A stretch of DNA of 64,000 nt. Origin: Octopus vulgaris (taxonomy: Eukaryota). The stretch is taken from assembly GCA_951406725.2 (NCBI GenBank), contig OX597823.1, positions 33,356,001 through 33,420,000 on the forward strand. The letters are read 5' to 3'. Of the stretch, positions 27,150 to 41,223 are shown piece by piece (positions within the stretch are counted from its first letter, which is position 1; each line of letters begins with the position of its first letter). Position numbers and translations under genes: made by a program. The notes beneath the pieces are model-generated. The model made no database searches. It saw only the letters and a program-made list of their open reading frames with translations, and was not told the DNA's origin.

Positions 27150-28620
27150 ATGTCTCTGTTCGATATGCCGTTATAGCTTATTCAGTCGTGGCTCGTATTT
27201 TTGAATAAACATGTTTGCTTATTTGTCCGTATTTAATCTGTGTTTTGGTTTGGAATTTTCGCGATTTATTTACTGCTTGCAAGTCTAATTGTTCGTTCAG
27301 CGGAATCTCTTTGGTATCAGGATTTCGAATTTCTTGTCCACAAATAATATTCAGTCTGTTTCTGCAGCTAAGTTTCATTTGTCCTACATAATTTTCGCAA
27401 TAACCATTACATTTAATAGCATAAATGGAAATTTTTGACGAACAGGTGAAATGGCTATTTTGCATAAAAGAATGCCCAGATTTAAATTTATAAGCCGAGT
27501 TTTCGAATGGCTGAAGTAGAGTAGAGCAACAGTTCTTTTTGACTTTTCGTATTTATTTTTAGTTGGTAATATTTTAAGGGGATTTTCTTTTCATTTAGTG
27601 TCTGATTGTTTTGTGTAATTCGAGTGTTTTTTTCATTCATGAGTTTTGCTTCAATAATGTAATATTTTGATGGATAATGTTGCACGTTTCTGTATTCCTG
27701 GAATTGTGAGGTTATGATATAAAGATAAGCATTTGGTGTATATTCGAATTTTGATCTTTGTCATTAACGAATACTTATTACTTTTTTACGTTATATCCTA
27801 TTACCAAGCACCTTTGTTGCGTATTGTCTTTCAAGTAGTGTTCAGTTTAATTCATAAAGTATTTTAGTTCAAGTTAAAAAATTTAGAACTATTATGTTTA
27901 TTATTTCGATTTGGATGTCAGAAAGTAAATGTTAAGTATTGTTTAGTGCCTATCAGTTTTTAGTGGATGCGGCATTCCATGTCTGTGTAGTTTTTGATGC
28001 TTAAAATATCCAGGAAAGGTAAGTGACTTTGACTGTAATTCATCGTGTTGTTATGTTATTAAGGTTTTGAAATCATTAAACAAGTCAAAACTGCGGGTCA
28101 AAAGAATAAGGCAGTCATCCTAATAACTTTTCCAATTTTCAAATGGGTTTTTATGGAAGCTGATGGTGTATTTAAGTCTAGATTGTTCTTATATTTGGAT
28201 TTCTATATATGCCATGACAAAACTGTCGTAAGTAGGGGCAGCCATCATTCCCGTTGCAGTCCCAGATAGGTTTGTAAATGCTGTCACGGAAGTGGAAAAA
28301 ATTATTTGTTGAATGATTTTAATTTCTTCAGTAATTAATTACTTTTCCGTTCAGTCTAGGATATTGTTTGGAAACATTTTCCCGCTAGAACTCTACGTCT
28401 TCTAATCCATAGGAGTGTAGAGTTTTACTGCATCAAAGGGTTCAATAATAGTGTTTTTCGTTAAAGTTTTCAGGAGGTGGTTTAATAGGTTCATGCCATC
28501 CCTTATAACACCTGTTAAGGGCTTCAGAAATGAATTTCAGATGTATGTCTACAAAGCTGCTGGGTCTCTCAACCTGCTACAATTGGGCTCAATTCAAGAT
28601 CGTTGTATGTGGTACGTTTA
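27150..28620 (-). mobile_element. Decayed Penelope-like element (RT plus GIY-YIG)
   Basis: FDAVKLYT, GTATGMMAAPTYDSFVMAY, WKSY*DDCLIL, LPFLDIL; ORF 27178-27465 FTCSSK.SIYAIKC..C..YVGQ. Confidence 0.85.
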
Positions 28621-29489
28621 TACATGTTGGAATTGATCCCATACAGGTGCTGCATCTGGTTTTGCTGCTTTGAAATTTGTGGAATCTATACATATTTCTG
28701 GTTTTGCATTCAAAATTCGTTACGTAACCGTGATCTCACGAGGGTTTTCTCATTTAAGTTAGGTATAACATTCTATTTTTAATTTTACTAAATCTAACTG
28801 TTTTTATGTAATTTTAACTTTTCTGGAGAATCCATGGCACTACAGATGCATAATGTTTTATATTAGTTGTTTGCTTGATTTTCAAAGAACGGTGAACCTC
28901 GGTTCATCCTCGGCATTTTCTTCGTTATCTTCCTGAAGAGCGATTTCGTTGTCATTTGCAAGACATTGTTCTCCCCTTCTCTATTTTCATTGTTTTACAT
29001 TCAGTCTTCTTTTTCTGTTTTTTTTTCTCTTTTTACATTTCGTATTCTCACAGGAAATTTTTATCTGTAATAATTACTTCTTCCTCATTGAATGACGAAG
29101 GTGTAGTAGTACAGGTTATCACTCTTAGCAGACGATATATTTATTCTGTGGTGATACAAAGCCTTAAGATATTTGCTTTGCTTTACCGGAGTTTAGTTGG
29201 TGGTACTCAAGAAACTAAAGTTTATTGTTCTTTTTGCAACTGCTTTTCATTATTTTCATTTTCTTTGTTTTTATTTAATCTTCCAATTTCTTATAGGCGT
29301 TCATGGTGAAAAATGGCTATTAATGGCCAAGGCTTGTTCTTAATACAGGTGTAGTCGCTTTAATAGAATACTATTCAATTCCTCGTGAACTGTTATCGTT
29401 CGTGTAAGGAATGAAATTGTTTTCTATTACGACCATAGCAGTTCAGTGTGTAAAGCGCAATGCTACAGAAATGCGCTTTATATATTTTT

Positions 29490-29845
29490 GACTTGTTTCT
29501 GTGAACGGACTGCGATCATGCTGTGACACCAACTTGAAGGGGCTTTGATACTAGTACATGTTTTTTTTTTATAGTTTGATACTCATTTTATCCGTCTGTT
29601 TTACCGAATCGCTAAGTTGCAAGGTCATTATCAAACCAACACCGGTTGTCACGCAGTGGGTAGAGTGAGGGCAACAAACGCAGACACAAATCCACAGACA
29701 CACACATATGTATGTAGACATTAGGCTTCCACATAGTTTCCGCTCACTAAATTTACTCATAAGGCATTGGTTGGCACGAGGTTATAGTTGAAGACATTTG
29801 CCCATTTGCAAGACGAGCTCTTATACCACAACCATGCCTGCATCT
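29490..29845 (-). mobile_element. SINE family B, diverged
   Basis: ACCGAATCGCTAAGTT, AAGACATTTGCCCA. Confidence 0.75.
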
Positions 29846-32800
29846 ATGTAAGTAGTATATTTCCCAATCTAATGGTATAAATGAGATTTAGTCAATCCAC
29901 GCAAATTAAAAAAGAACAAAGCTTCATGTAAAAGGGAAAACTGTTTGATTTCATTTGAAGTTCTTGTTAAACATAATATTTTCATCTGATTAAAATTCTT
30001 TAATCATTAAAACAATTGTAAACTGTTTGTTGAGAGTTTAATCACGTGTGGAAATGAAATAAATAATGAAACATGAGGAAATCGGAGGACGCGGAGGAAA
30101 CACACACATTGAAATATTTTCATAGCCAAGAACAATAAGTTCCACGAAACAAAGTTGATATATAATTCGTACTCGGATCAAATTTGCATTGACGTCCAGC
30201 TTATAAGATATTAGATCTGCGCTCACCATAGCATTGGTAATTCGGAAAACTTTCACATTAGTACTCAGGAAGCATAATATTTATGCTTTTACTGATAGTG
30301 GCATAAATAGAGAGCTTTTTAAAGCTACCATCTCTTGAAGTCTCCCGAGCAAAGCAGGATTTCTCAAGAGGCAGTCCAGCAGCTATCACTGTTCACTCAT
30401 AAGATTCGGTGACTGACTTAACACACTGGCTTATAAAACACTAACATTTCTTAAATCGGAATGGTACATCTCTTAGTGTGAATGAGTTGGAATTCTGGTC
30501 GTAAATGTATCCTTTCCTTTGGTGTACCCTGTGAGAATAACCTTAACCGCCAGTCTTTTATAATCCTTGCATAGCTATGGATGGTTCAAATTATGCAGCC
30601 GCATTATAAGGGAATGTCTCTTTGTCTAGTTGAATTCGGTGTGATTGTAAATCTGATGGTTCCAAGGAATTTAAAACAAGTTTGCTGGATAATGAACGAC
30701 TTCTTCCAGATATTCAACTATTGGTTTGTAGATACTTCATTCTTTTGAACTCAAGGTATTGAAAAGCAAAGTTAACCTCAGTGGGATTTGAACTCGGAAC
30801 GTGAGGAACCGGAATAAATGTCACAAAGCATTTTGTCCGATGCTCTAATGATTCTGTCAATTCACAAGAATAATAAATAAAACAGTATTACTTATTCCAT
30901 ATAATATTCCATATAAAGGATCGAAAAATATCTTTATGTTTTTCAATGAAGATATTTTATCCAGGAGCATGTGTCTGAAGGAATAATGCTTAGTGAAGAG
31001 AGAAGAGAGGAAGGAAGAGGCAGAAGAGAAGAAGAAAGGGACGTGAATAGTATTAGAGGAGCAGGAGAGACGTGATAAAAAGGGGGGAAGGGCGAGAGAT
31101 AAGAGGAAACTAAAGAATAGGGAATAAACGGAGTGAGAGAGACAGACGACAGCAAAAAAGAAAGATAAAGTGAAGAATGAAAGAAAGAAGGAAAGCCAGG
31201 TGAGGGGGTAGTTAGACGTGGTAATAACGTGGGTGAGTGACTGGGAGAAATAAAGAATTATTATAGAAGCAGAGTAATAAAAGCAGACAGTATAAGAGAG
31301 ATGGAACGACTCGACGGAAGTGGAAAAACTTTCAATGAAGAGAAAGAAAAGAGAGAAATAAAAGACAAAGAACCAGCGCTGTAATTACAAGGACGCAGAC
31401 GATAGTTGCATGTGGAAGAAAGACAGGAATGAGATGAGAGTATGGTAAGAAGTAGAATGGGTTGCTTAAAGGATCCCATTTGATTCCTTGCCTGCTCATA
31501 TGTGTCCTGCGTAAGAGAAGAAATACTTTTATCTTCACCTTTTTTCTCTCCTGTGTGGGATTTTTTAAGCATCAGCAAATTCGAAGTTTGGCCACGAAGG
31601 TTACACACCTTGCATGCTGTAATAGACAGTATCATATTCCTCGTGAAAAGTTGCATTTGTGGAGAGCAATTTACGACTGGTTTGGTGCAACCGTTTGTGA
31701 GAAAATGGACGTACAATACAAGGAAGGAAAATTTCGATGACATTTCTAGCTGGTTGACCAAGAATCTTAAAGCTCTCACTCTATGCCATTATTGTTGTTG
31801 TTTAGCACTAGATCAGCCATTTTACACTCTGCCACCGCCGCCATTACCACTAATACTATCACCATCACCATCATTGTCACCACCTCAACACTATAACCAC
31901 CATTGTCACCATCTTCATCATCTTCACCAGCACCACCTTCATTACCAGCATCTTCACTACCACCACCTCACTTTCTACTTCATTATCACTATTTATAATA
32001 TCAATACTTTTAAGAAAGGCAAGAATGTCACAACAGCCCTACGAATCAGACGTCTTGTTCCCAGTTAAAAGAAATCGATATATAATAGGTAGTTTTTTCC
32101 AGCTTCATCTGCTTCATTGAGATCATTTGAAAATGTCAGTTTTGTAGGCTATCTTCTGCTTCAGTGAAAAAAAATACTTTCCAATATGCCTGAGGTTGTT
32201 TAACCGCAGGTCAACTCTGATCTGGTACATCTATAATGTCTTATCTATGTCTCACACATAGTTATGCGCCGTTTCTAAATTTCTTTCTACTTTTAAGATA
32301 GTAATGTGGTATTTCAAACTTTAATGTTTTCTATTGTTTAACCTTTACTACAACTGAATAGTTTAAAATAGTATAAGAAAACAGAAAAATAAAATCAATT
32401 CATTCGATATCTTAGTTGTTTGACAGAGAAAGATGTGTCTTTGACATCCACTGACAGTAACCAACATTTTTCAATTTCTTTAACAGCCTCCCAGCACACT
32501 TCACATTTCTTCGCAGATTTGATTCTACAAGAAACTCCAGAATTCAGCTCACCTCACAGCACACAATATCTTACTCTACGATTTTCATTTACTGTTCTTA
32601 TTTTCATAAACTATTTTTTCGTTGCAGGCTATTACTAATTTCCATAGAGTCAGTCAATATTTTCTGGCTTACAGATGACAATAAAGCATTCAGATGTAGA
32701 TCTAAAAAACACGTTATGTAGATGGCGAATAAAATTGATCGTATTTTGAAACGATATAAACTTAGTTGTGTAATGTATCAAACTACCTGTGAAGTTATAA

Positions 32801-33362
32801 TATTTGTAAATATGATAAATAAGATGCCTACTTCCAACGTAAAACGCAGTTGCTACTTTAATAACTTCATGATGGAGCAACCCTTCCTAACTCTGGCTTG
32901 TCTCTCCCTTCGGTTTGTTCTCTTAAATGCTGTTTAAAACGAAATTCAATATATGAAAAGATCATTACTTGAGTGTTATTTAGAAAACTAGTCTCTAGTC
33001 TCGAATAACACCACCGCCACCAACATTACAATACCCCCACCCCATTGAGGGTCAAGAGAAACTAAAACTACAAAAAAATTGAAATTCCATTCATGCATTA
33101 TTGATGAATATTTATTATAGTTTTCGGAATTTCTTCATTTTTGGGTAAACTAAAATATACCGTTTTTTTTTAAAATCGAGGATGACTTGGTGACGTTTAC
33201 CCTGCTCTCGTTAATTGTTTTGGCTCCCAATGTAGTTGCAAAGCAGACACAACCCAATGAAATGAACAGGATGTGGCATTTGGAGAAAGACATGGTTCGT
33301 TATTTACATTATTTACATTATTTACATTTGACGGATATTTGTCCTCACCTTGTTTGTTGTTA

Positions 33363-33406
33363 ACACAACGTTTCGGCTGATATACCCTCCAGCCTTCACC
33401 AGGTGC
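33363..33406 (-). ncRNA. Minimal hammerhead ribozyme motif (A6G core change)
   Basis: GCAC-CUGGUGA-A-GGCUG-(10 nt)-CAGCC-GAAAC-GUU-GUGU. Confidence 0.75.
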
Positions 33407-33630
33407 CTTGGGGGAAATTTCGAACCTGGGTTCTCAATCTTAAGGTATTTTTCGATGTTATTATTATTATTATTATTATTCGAACCTGGAATCTTAAGGT
33501 TAGTAGCCCGCGCTCTTAACCACTACGCTATATGCCCACGGGTATATGGCGTAGTGGTTAAGAGTGAGGGCTACTAACCCCAAGATTGTTCGATTCCTGG
33601 CAGTGACCTGAATGATAATAATAATAATGA

Positions 33631-33762
<132 letters not shown>

Positions 33763-33836
33763 AACTACTACTAATAATAATAACAACATCGAAAAATACC
33801 TTAGGAATGAAAACCCAGGTTCGAAATTTCCCCAAG

Positions 33837-33880
33837 ACACCTGATGAAGGCTGGAGGGTATATCAGCCAAAACGTTGTGT
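33837..33880 (+). ncRNA. Minimal hammerhead ribozyme motif (G12A core change)
   Basis: ACAC-CUGAUGA-A-GGCUG-GAGGGUAUAU-CAGCC-AAAAC-GUU-GUGU. Confidence 0.78.
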
Positions 33881-34705
33881 TAACAACAAACAAGATGAGG
33901 ACAAATATCCGTCAAATGTAAATAATGTAAATAATGTAAATAATGTACATAATTCCTCATCTCTTAAATATTCGGTCGCAACTACAATTTATCGATGCCG
34001 AAGAGATACCCGATATCGCTGAGTTTTGACCTCAAAGTATTTTATTTGGCGCTCAAATACATCTGCTAATCGATCGCCTTCGGGTATATAACAATGGATT
34101 ACTGAGATACTTCGAAGGAGCGTGGCGCAGCCATTAGGATTTTGGGTTCATAAGCCAAGGTCATGGATTCAATTTCTCGGCCGTGCTGAGTCTTTCTTTT
34201 CCTTTCACACCTACGTAATGAAGTTATTAAAGTAGCTATTGCGTTTAACGTTGGGAGTAAACATGTTTTATTATATTTTTTACTCCTATGTAAAGATATC
34301 GGGTCGAACACCATCTGTTTTTGCCACGTAATGTTGCCACGCAGTCTTGTTTTGGCAACTATTTTCAACTATTTTGCAAGATATGCTAGCAAAAAAAAAG
34401 AAGCAAAACAGAAAAAAATCAAAAACAAAACACGAAACAGGTCCTCCAATCATAATTGTCTTTTATTTGTTTTAGTCACTGGACTGCAGCCATGGAGCGG
34501 GCGGGGCTGCACCACCTTCAAAGGATAATTGAACAAATCTACCTCAGTAGTTACTTTTTAAACTATTGAACTTGGTCTATCTTTCGCTGAACCGCTAAAT
34601 TACGGGAGTGTAAACAAACCAGCACCGATTGTTAAGCACTGGTAGTAGGACAAGCATAAACATAAAGACTCACACATACATAAACATATATATTATATTA
34701 TGAAT

Positions 34706-34763
<58 letters not shown>

Positions 34764-35240
34764 TATATGCGCAGTCGCTGTGTGGTAAGTAGCTTGCTTA
34801 CCAACAACATGGTCCCGGGTTATATATATATGAAATTTAATAAACACAATACACGTTTTTATGTGCTACTATTGGTTTCATGTGCTGAGAACATCGCATG
34901 CAATGTTTAATAACATGTCTGACATCGCGGCACTGTCAGTCATAACAATGACGAAACATCAATGTCTGTTGCTCCAAGAAGGGACCTATGTGAGTTGTCT
35001 CCCTTGACTATGACTTACCTTCAGGTGTTTCTTACACCAGGTCTATTGAGAATATATTCTCTTATGCCTAAAAACCACAGCCAACCCGTGAACTAGCAAC
35101 ACACATACCTTGAGCAAGTGTTTTTGATTTTGTTTATATAACTTGAACTGCTTCTTATTCATATTTGAATATATATAACATATGGTATAATTGTAAACTG
35201 GGCAAATTTTAGCCATTTCTCCGCACACTGAAAAAAAAAT

Positions 35241-35300
35241 GATGAAAAGCCTTAATCGATTTTCGAACCTTATTGGGTTCTCATCAGTGGCGTCTTCATC
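35241..35300 (-). ncRNA. Type I hammerhead ribozyme with intact catalytic core
   Basis: GAUGAAGACGCCA-CUGAUGA-GAACC-CAAUAA-GGUUC-GAAA-AUCGAUUA-AGGCUUUUCAUC; palindromic stem III AAUCGAUU. Confidence 0.85.
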
Positions 35301-35337
35301 GTTCTGATAGTCTCTAGAGAAACAAGCAGCCAAACTG

Positions 35338-35389
35338 TTTATATACTCAACAAATGCAGCAGTTCATCGAAGGAGTCCTTAATTTGCAT
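35338..35389 (-). promoter_or_regulatory. Putative pLTR promoter: octamer plus TATA upstream of the HHR
   Basis: ATGCAAAT (35382-35389) and TATATAAA (35338-35345) on the HHR strand. Confidence 0.4.
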
Positions 35390-36131
35390 ACCGAAAGTTT
35401 TTAACACTGTATAAATACCAGCGGCCTGTCAACGGGGATCTTAGTCCATACAGTATCAAGGTATAATATATATGTAACATATGATAAACGGGCTTCTACG
35501 TACTTTCTATGAAATTTACTCGCAAGGCATTGGTTGGACCGGAGCTATAGTGGAAGACACTTACCCAAGGAACCGCGCCGTGGGACCGAACTTAAAACCC
35601 CATAGTAATTCCAGTTCTCATTACTTTCACTTGACCTTGCTTACTTGTGGAAGTACTTTCATTGCCGTGTTTTACTAAATATTTCTCTGCGATCACTCCG
35701 GCCGCCGATAATATTTCCACCAAAATACCAACATGTTTCCCTTCCAAAGTATTTTACAGCGACTGGTTCGGTTAGATTCGTTTATTTTTGAGGTTTAAAA
35801 TCCACAGAAACATACTCACCTTCAAAAATCCTTGTTTCGTTAGGGAGGCGTTGCGCGTCGCCATTTTATACAGGTATGTAAACAAGAGAGAAAAACAACA
35901 GAAGTTGATTTTTTTTTTCGTCTGCAACTTGCATGGCAGACTTCCAATGATATGTTCAAATATTCCCCTGTATGAAAAAAAAAAAAAAAAAGAAAGAAAA
36001 ATAGAAAAGTTGTAATAATTATTCTTTCATGCATAAAACTTGTTAGAATCCAGCCTGAAGAGCAATATCAAAAACACGTTTGAACAGGTCGGCAGTGAAA
36101 AATAATATTAAAAAAAAAATGATGGTGGTGG

Positions 36132-36163
<32 letters not shown>

Positions 36164-36441
36164 GGCAGCTATTATACTGATGAGGGTGATGATGGTTAAG
36201 AAGCAAAGTGAAAAGGCATTTTAAATGAGTGTCGTTAACATGACGGTCGTGATGGTAGTGACGATAATGCTGGTTGGTGATTTTGCTACTGCTGCTGCTG
36301 ATGATGATGATGAAGATGATGATGATGATGATGATGATAATCATGATGGTGATAATCATGATGGTGATAAACATAATGGTGATGATGATGATGATGATGA
36401 TAATGATAGTGGTGGTGATGATGATGATTGTGGTAGTGATG

Positions 36442-36480
<39 letters not shown>

Positions 36481-36714
36481 GAGAGCAGGAGGTAATCGAT
36501 GGGTTGTTATTTCAGAATTCAACATGCAAATGCTGAATGAAGCTTTCTATAACAATGTCCATTATTTTTTTTCTGTTTGTTAAAACCACACCATTATCAA
36601 ACAGAATTTATATCATTAGTAGTACTACGAATATTTGTCGATAGTATTTAGATTATTGCGTATATTATTATACACACATATGCTTTGTATGCATGCATGG
36701 ATGTATGTAACAAA

Positions 36715-37179
36715 TTGCTAAAGGGACTACTAACAAATGCGAAGCTTTAGAAAACAACCTCGAAACCAACGGTTGAAAAATGTGGACGCCCAAACTGTGG
36801 AACATGCCACAACCTGCTTGAAGGCTCGGATTTCCTTTTCAAAGAAGGACAGAGGTTCACAATTAAAACTAGTTTCACTTGTGCCTCTGAGAACCTAAAT
36901 TATGTAATAACATGCTCGGGTTGCGGACACCACTATATTGGACAAACAAGTATGACCTTGAGAAAGAGAACCACTCTACATAAAGAGCAAATCCGTTTCC
37001 CGTAATACAGACAAATTCCTCTCAGTGAACATATAGGAAGATGTGCAGATAACATCAAACCAAATTTCACAGTCTTCCCTATCTACCAGTGCAAAGACAC
37101 AATCTCTCAACTAGAACGTTTAAATAAAGAAGCTTTTTTCATTGAAAAATACAAAACACGTCTTAATATGCACGCATAA
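36715..37179 (+). pseudogene. Penelope-like GIY-YIG endonuclease remnant (2 stops)
   Basis: KCGRPNCGTC...FTCASENLNYVITCSGCGHHYIGQTSMTLRKRTTLH...KEAFFIEKYKTRLN. Confidence 0.9.
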
Positions 37180-37989
37180 CCAACTTTTATCTTTTTACAT
37201 ATTTCAATTCACGATTACATAACTGTACATAAATACCCTCACTAAACAAGGTTTTTGAAACCTGTCTCTGTCTGTACACATATATATTCACCTACTATTA
37301 CCGAAAGCTGAACAGGTATCTCCCTTACCCATAACAATAACAATAATAACGACAACCAATTACCTCCCTTTATTTATCTACTTGTGAAGTCATTCAGTCG
37401 TGAATTTCATCACACACAACATGGGGTGGGGAGAGATATAAGATAGTACAAGAGGGTGGAGAATGGGGAGAAAGTGAGAGCGCGCGTGCGGACGTGTATG
37501 CTTGTGTGTGTGTGTGTATTTTTGTATCTGAAAGGAGAGAAAGAAGAAAAAAATTGTTGATATCTTTGCAGCTGGTCAGTCTTTCAATAGTAAATGATTC
37601 TTGACTTTTAGAAATGGCAAACCCAGCTGGTCACTCCAAGGGGAACAAAATGTCACTTTTCAAAAAATTGTCTGGATTTTTTTTCAACATTGTCTTGTGT
37701 ATGTGTGTGAGAGAGAGAGAGAGAGAAAGAGCGAGAGAGAGAGAGAGAGAGAGAGAGTGTGTGTGTGTGTATGTGCGCGCGTGTGTGTGTGGGTGTCTGT
37801 GTATCTGAAAGAAATGTCAAATGGAAAAGGGAATGAAAGGAAGGAGGAGGAGAGAAAGAAGAAATAATTGTGTTGACATTTATACCACTACTCAGTTCTT
37901 TCAAACCAATGTTTGATTCCTGTGTTGATATGGGATCGAGAATCTGGATGAAAGATTGTTTTTATTTATGTATATGTACATATGTGTAG

Positions 37990-38031
<42 letters not shown>

Positions 38032-38091
38032 AATACAATTTATTTTACAAAATTGGTCCTTTATCTAGTACAAATTATTATAGAAATATTT

Positions 38092-38406
38092 TCAGCCATT
38101 CAATTTGGGGGAGAATTTTGTTATGAAGTATTTTTCCATATTTCTCCTGAAGGAGGTGTCATTCTTTGGACATTTGTAGAAGGGGAAGATCTTAAATTTT
38201 CCTTCTCCACATGTATCTAGGTGTTTACTCAGTGGAATCTTTCGCAGTTCCTCCTGTCGGACATGTTGTCGGTGAATCCTGGCTCGTTGGCATAAAGAAT
38301 TTCCAGTTTCACCTATTTAATTCTCCTTGCATGTGGGACAGGTTATGCAGTATATTACGTTCTGCGTCTTGCAGTTCATGTCTGCATTTACTTTGAATAT
38401 GTGACC
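38092..38406 (-). pseudogene. Penelope-like GIY-YIG remnant
   Basis: MNCKTQNVIYCITCPTCKEN*IGETGNSLCQRARIH...MEKYFITKFSPKLNG*. Confidence 0.9.
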
Positions 38407-38464
38407 ACTCTTATATTTTATTTGTTTGTTTCCCTCTATATATTTGTAGGTGGGGTTACTGCAG

Positions 38465-38503
38465 ATATGAAAACTCCACTAGAGTGGACGAAAGCACTAA
38501 TAT
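38465..38503 (+). ncRNA. Decayed hammerhead-like motif in an inverted pLTR
   Basis: AUAUGAAAAC-UCCAC-UAGA-GUGGA-C-GAAAGCACUA-AUAU; first core strand damaged. Confidence 0.45.
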
Positions 38504-38624
38504 ATGATATATGATTTATAAAAACATGTAACATACTAATAAATATCTGCAAATATAAAACCATCCAGATTTCTGACTACCTCATTTCTTCTAATATATA
38601 ATACCTGTACATCATCTCCAAAAC

Positions 38625-38670
<46 letters not shown>

Positions 38671-38674
<4 letters not shown>

Positions 38675-38864
38675 ATCCAAACAAGAAAGCACAAAAAAAC
38701 ACAACAACGCGCGGACGTGGAACAAATATAGTATTATTGGACGCTCAGGAAAGAAGGAAAGAAGGAGGGTTTAACGTTTCGAGCGGAGCTCTTCGTCGGA
38801 AACATAGGAGAAGGAAAGATCCAGAGAAAGGAAGACAGAGGAAAAAAATCGCCAACGGTACACA
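38671..38864 (-). mobile_element. Second copy of the (TA)n-inserted HHR element (HHR at 38769-38803)
   Basis: Reverse complement of 11020-11213; identical HHR. Confidence 0.8.
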
Positions 38865-39319
38865 TATATAAAACGGGATACTTTCAGTTTCGGTCTACAA
38901 AATCCACTCACAAGGCTTGGTCGGCCGAAGGCTATATAGTAGAAGACACTTGCGCAAGATGTCACGCAGTGGGACTGAACGCGGAACCATGTGGCTGGTG
39001 CAGTTGGATGTATGACTATGCTACTAATAAATTTAGAGCTCTACATGGATTATCCTTATCCAATCTTCTTGCAGTAAAGAGATCTAGGGAACAATGGTAC
39101 TTATATATATATACATATATATATGTGTGTGTGTGTGTGCGTGCGTGCGCGCGCACACACAAACACACACACACAATGTTCTAAATGGTTATAAATGTAA
39201 AACCTCAACATGGCAGCACGTGGCACAGACAGCTACATCACTTCTGAAGATTTCTATGAGCTTCTAAATCTCGTTGCTAAACATGTGCTGTCAGTTGTCT
39301 GTCTCTCCTCACTCTGTCT

Positions 39320-39515
39320 ATCACGAATATACATACATACATACATACATACATACATACACACATGTATATATACATACGGACACACACACATATAAAT
39401 ACATACGCACGCACACGCACGCACACACACACACGCGCGCGCACACATATATCGTCAATGTATCATATATCCGAAAAAGACACTCTAAAACGCAGAGCAG
39501 TAATGGATTAAAAAC

Positions 39516-39561
<46 letters not shown>

Positions 39562-39650
39562 TATGTATATTTATATTATATATAATATATATATATATTA
39601 TCCGCAAATATAGTATTAAATTATTTATCGTGTCTATGTATGTATGTAAG

Positions 39651-39694
<44 letters not shown>

Positions 39695-39817
39695 CATGTG
39701 TATATATATATACATATATATATATGTAATGTGTATATATATACATATATATATATGTGTGTGCATGTATACACACGCACTCGCATATACGTATCTGTGT
39801 GTGTGTGTGTGCGTGTA

Positions 39818-39894
<77 letters not shown>

Positions 39895-39931
39895 GCCTGC
39901 CTGCCTACCTGCCCGTCTGCCTGTCCGTCCG

Positions 39932-39974
<43 letters not shown>

Positions 39975-40030
39975 CCGTGTGTCTGTCTCTATGGATATGT
40001 AATGCATATGTATCTATGTATGTATGTATG

Positions 40031-40064
<34 letters not shown>

Positions 40065-40136
40065 TGTATGTATGTATGTATGTATGTATGTATATATATA
40101 CATATATATGTATATATATATATGTATATATATATG

Positions 40137-40196
<60 letters not shown>

Positions 40197-40197
40197 A

Positions 40198-40282
<85 letters not shown>

Positions 40283-40340
40283 CGCATGTGTGTGTGTATA
40301 TGTTTACATCACACGCACACACACACACACATACACACAC
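39320..40340. repeat. Compound (TA)/(TACA)/(CTAT)/(CTGT)/(TG) microsatellite field
   Basis: Direct. Confidence 0.95.
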
Positions 40341-40720
40341 GCGCTCACACGTTCCCCTTTTCTCTCTGTTGTTTTTTTTTTGTTTTTTTTTAACCCTTTC
40401 TCCATTTCCTGCTAAATTCTATAATGGTGGTTCATACTGAATATGTTTACACACATCAAATATAGTTGTGTTAATATATTTTTTATGAGCTGCTAATTTT
40501 ACACGAAACTCAGTAATTTCCCTCTTATCTCTTCGTTCTGTAAAAAAAAAAAAAAATAAATAAATAACCCAAAAATAAAGAAAAGAAGCAGAAACATTTC
40601 AAATGTATATTTTTGGTGTGAAGAAAAAAAAATCCTCATCGTCATCATCATCACCATCGTCATCATCATCGTCGTCATCTCTCCCTCCTCTTCGTTCCTC
40701 CTTCTTATTCCCTCCTCATC

Positions 40721-40795
<75 letters not shown>

Positions 40796-40818
40796 CATCA
40801 TCATCATCATCATCATCA

Positions 40819-40895
<77 letters not shown>

Positions 40896-40896
40896 A

Positions 40897-41103
40897 TGGC
40901 GGCGAGCAGGCAGAATCGTTAGCAGACCAGGTGAAATGCTCAGCGGTATTTCGTCTGCCTCTACTTTCTGAGTTCAAATTCCGCCAAGGTCAACTTTGTA
41001 TTTCATCCTTTCGGGGTCGATAAATTAAGTACCAGTTACATACTGGGGTCGATCTAATCGACTGACCTCCTACCCCAAAAGTTTGAGCATTGTACCTAGA
41101 GTA
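40897..41103 (+). mobile_element. SINE family A followed by (TTC)n to 41222
   Basis: Head, B box and core present. Confidence 0.88.
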
Positions 41104-41192
41104 TTCTTCTTCTTCTTCTTCTTCTTCTTCTTCTTCTTCTTCTTCTTCTTCTTCTTCTTCTTCTTCTTCTTCTTCTTCTTCTTCTTCTTCTT

Positions 41193-41223
<31 letters not shown>

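Noticed and set aside
39254-40896. Long ORFs rich in YI/CV/MYVC/LLL, and similar ORFs across the window
   Set aside because: They are translations of stop-free microsatellites, not genes.
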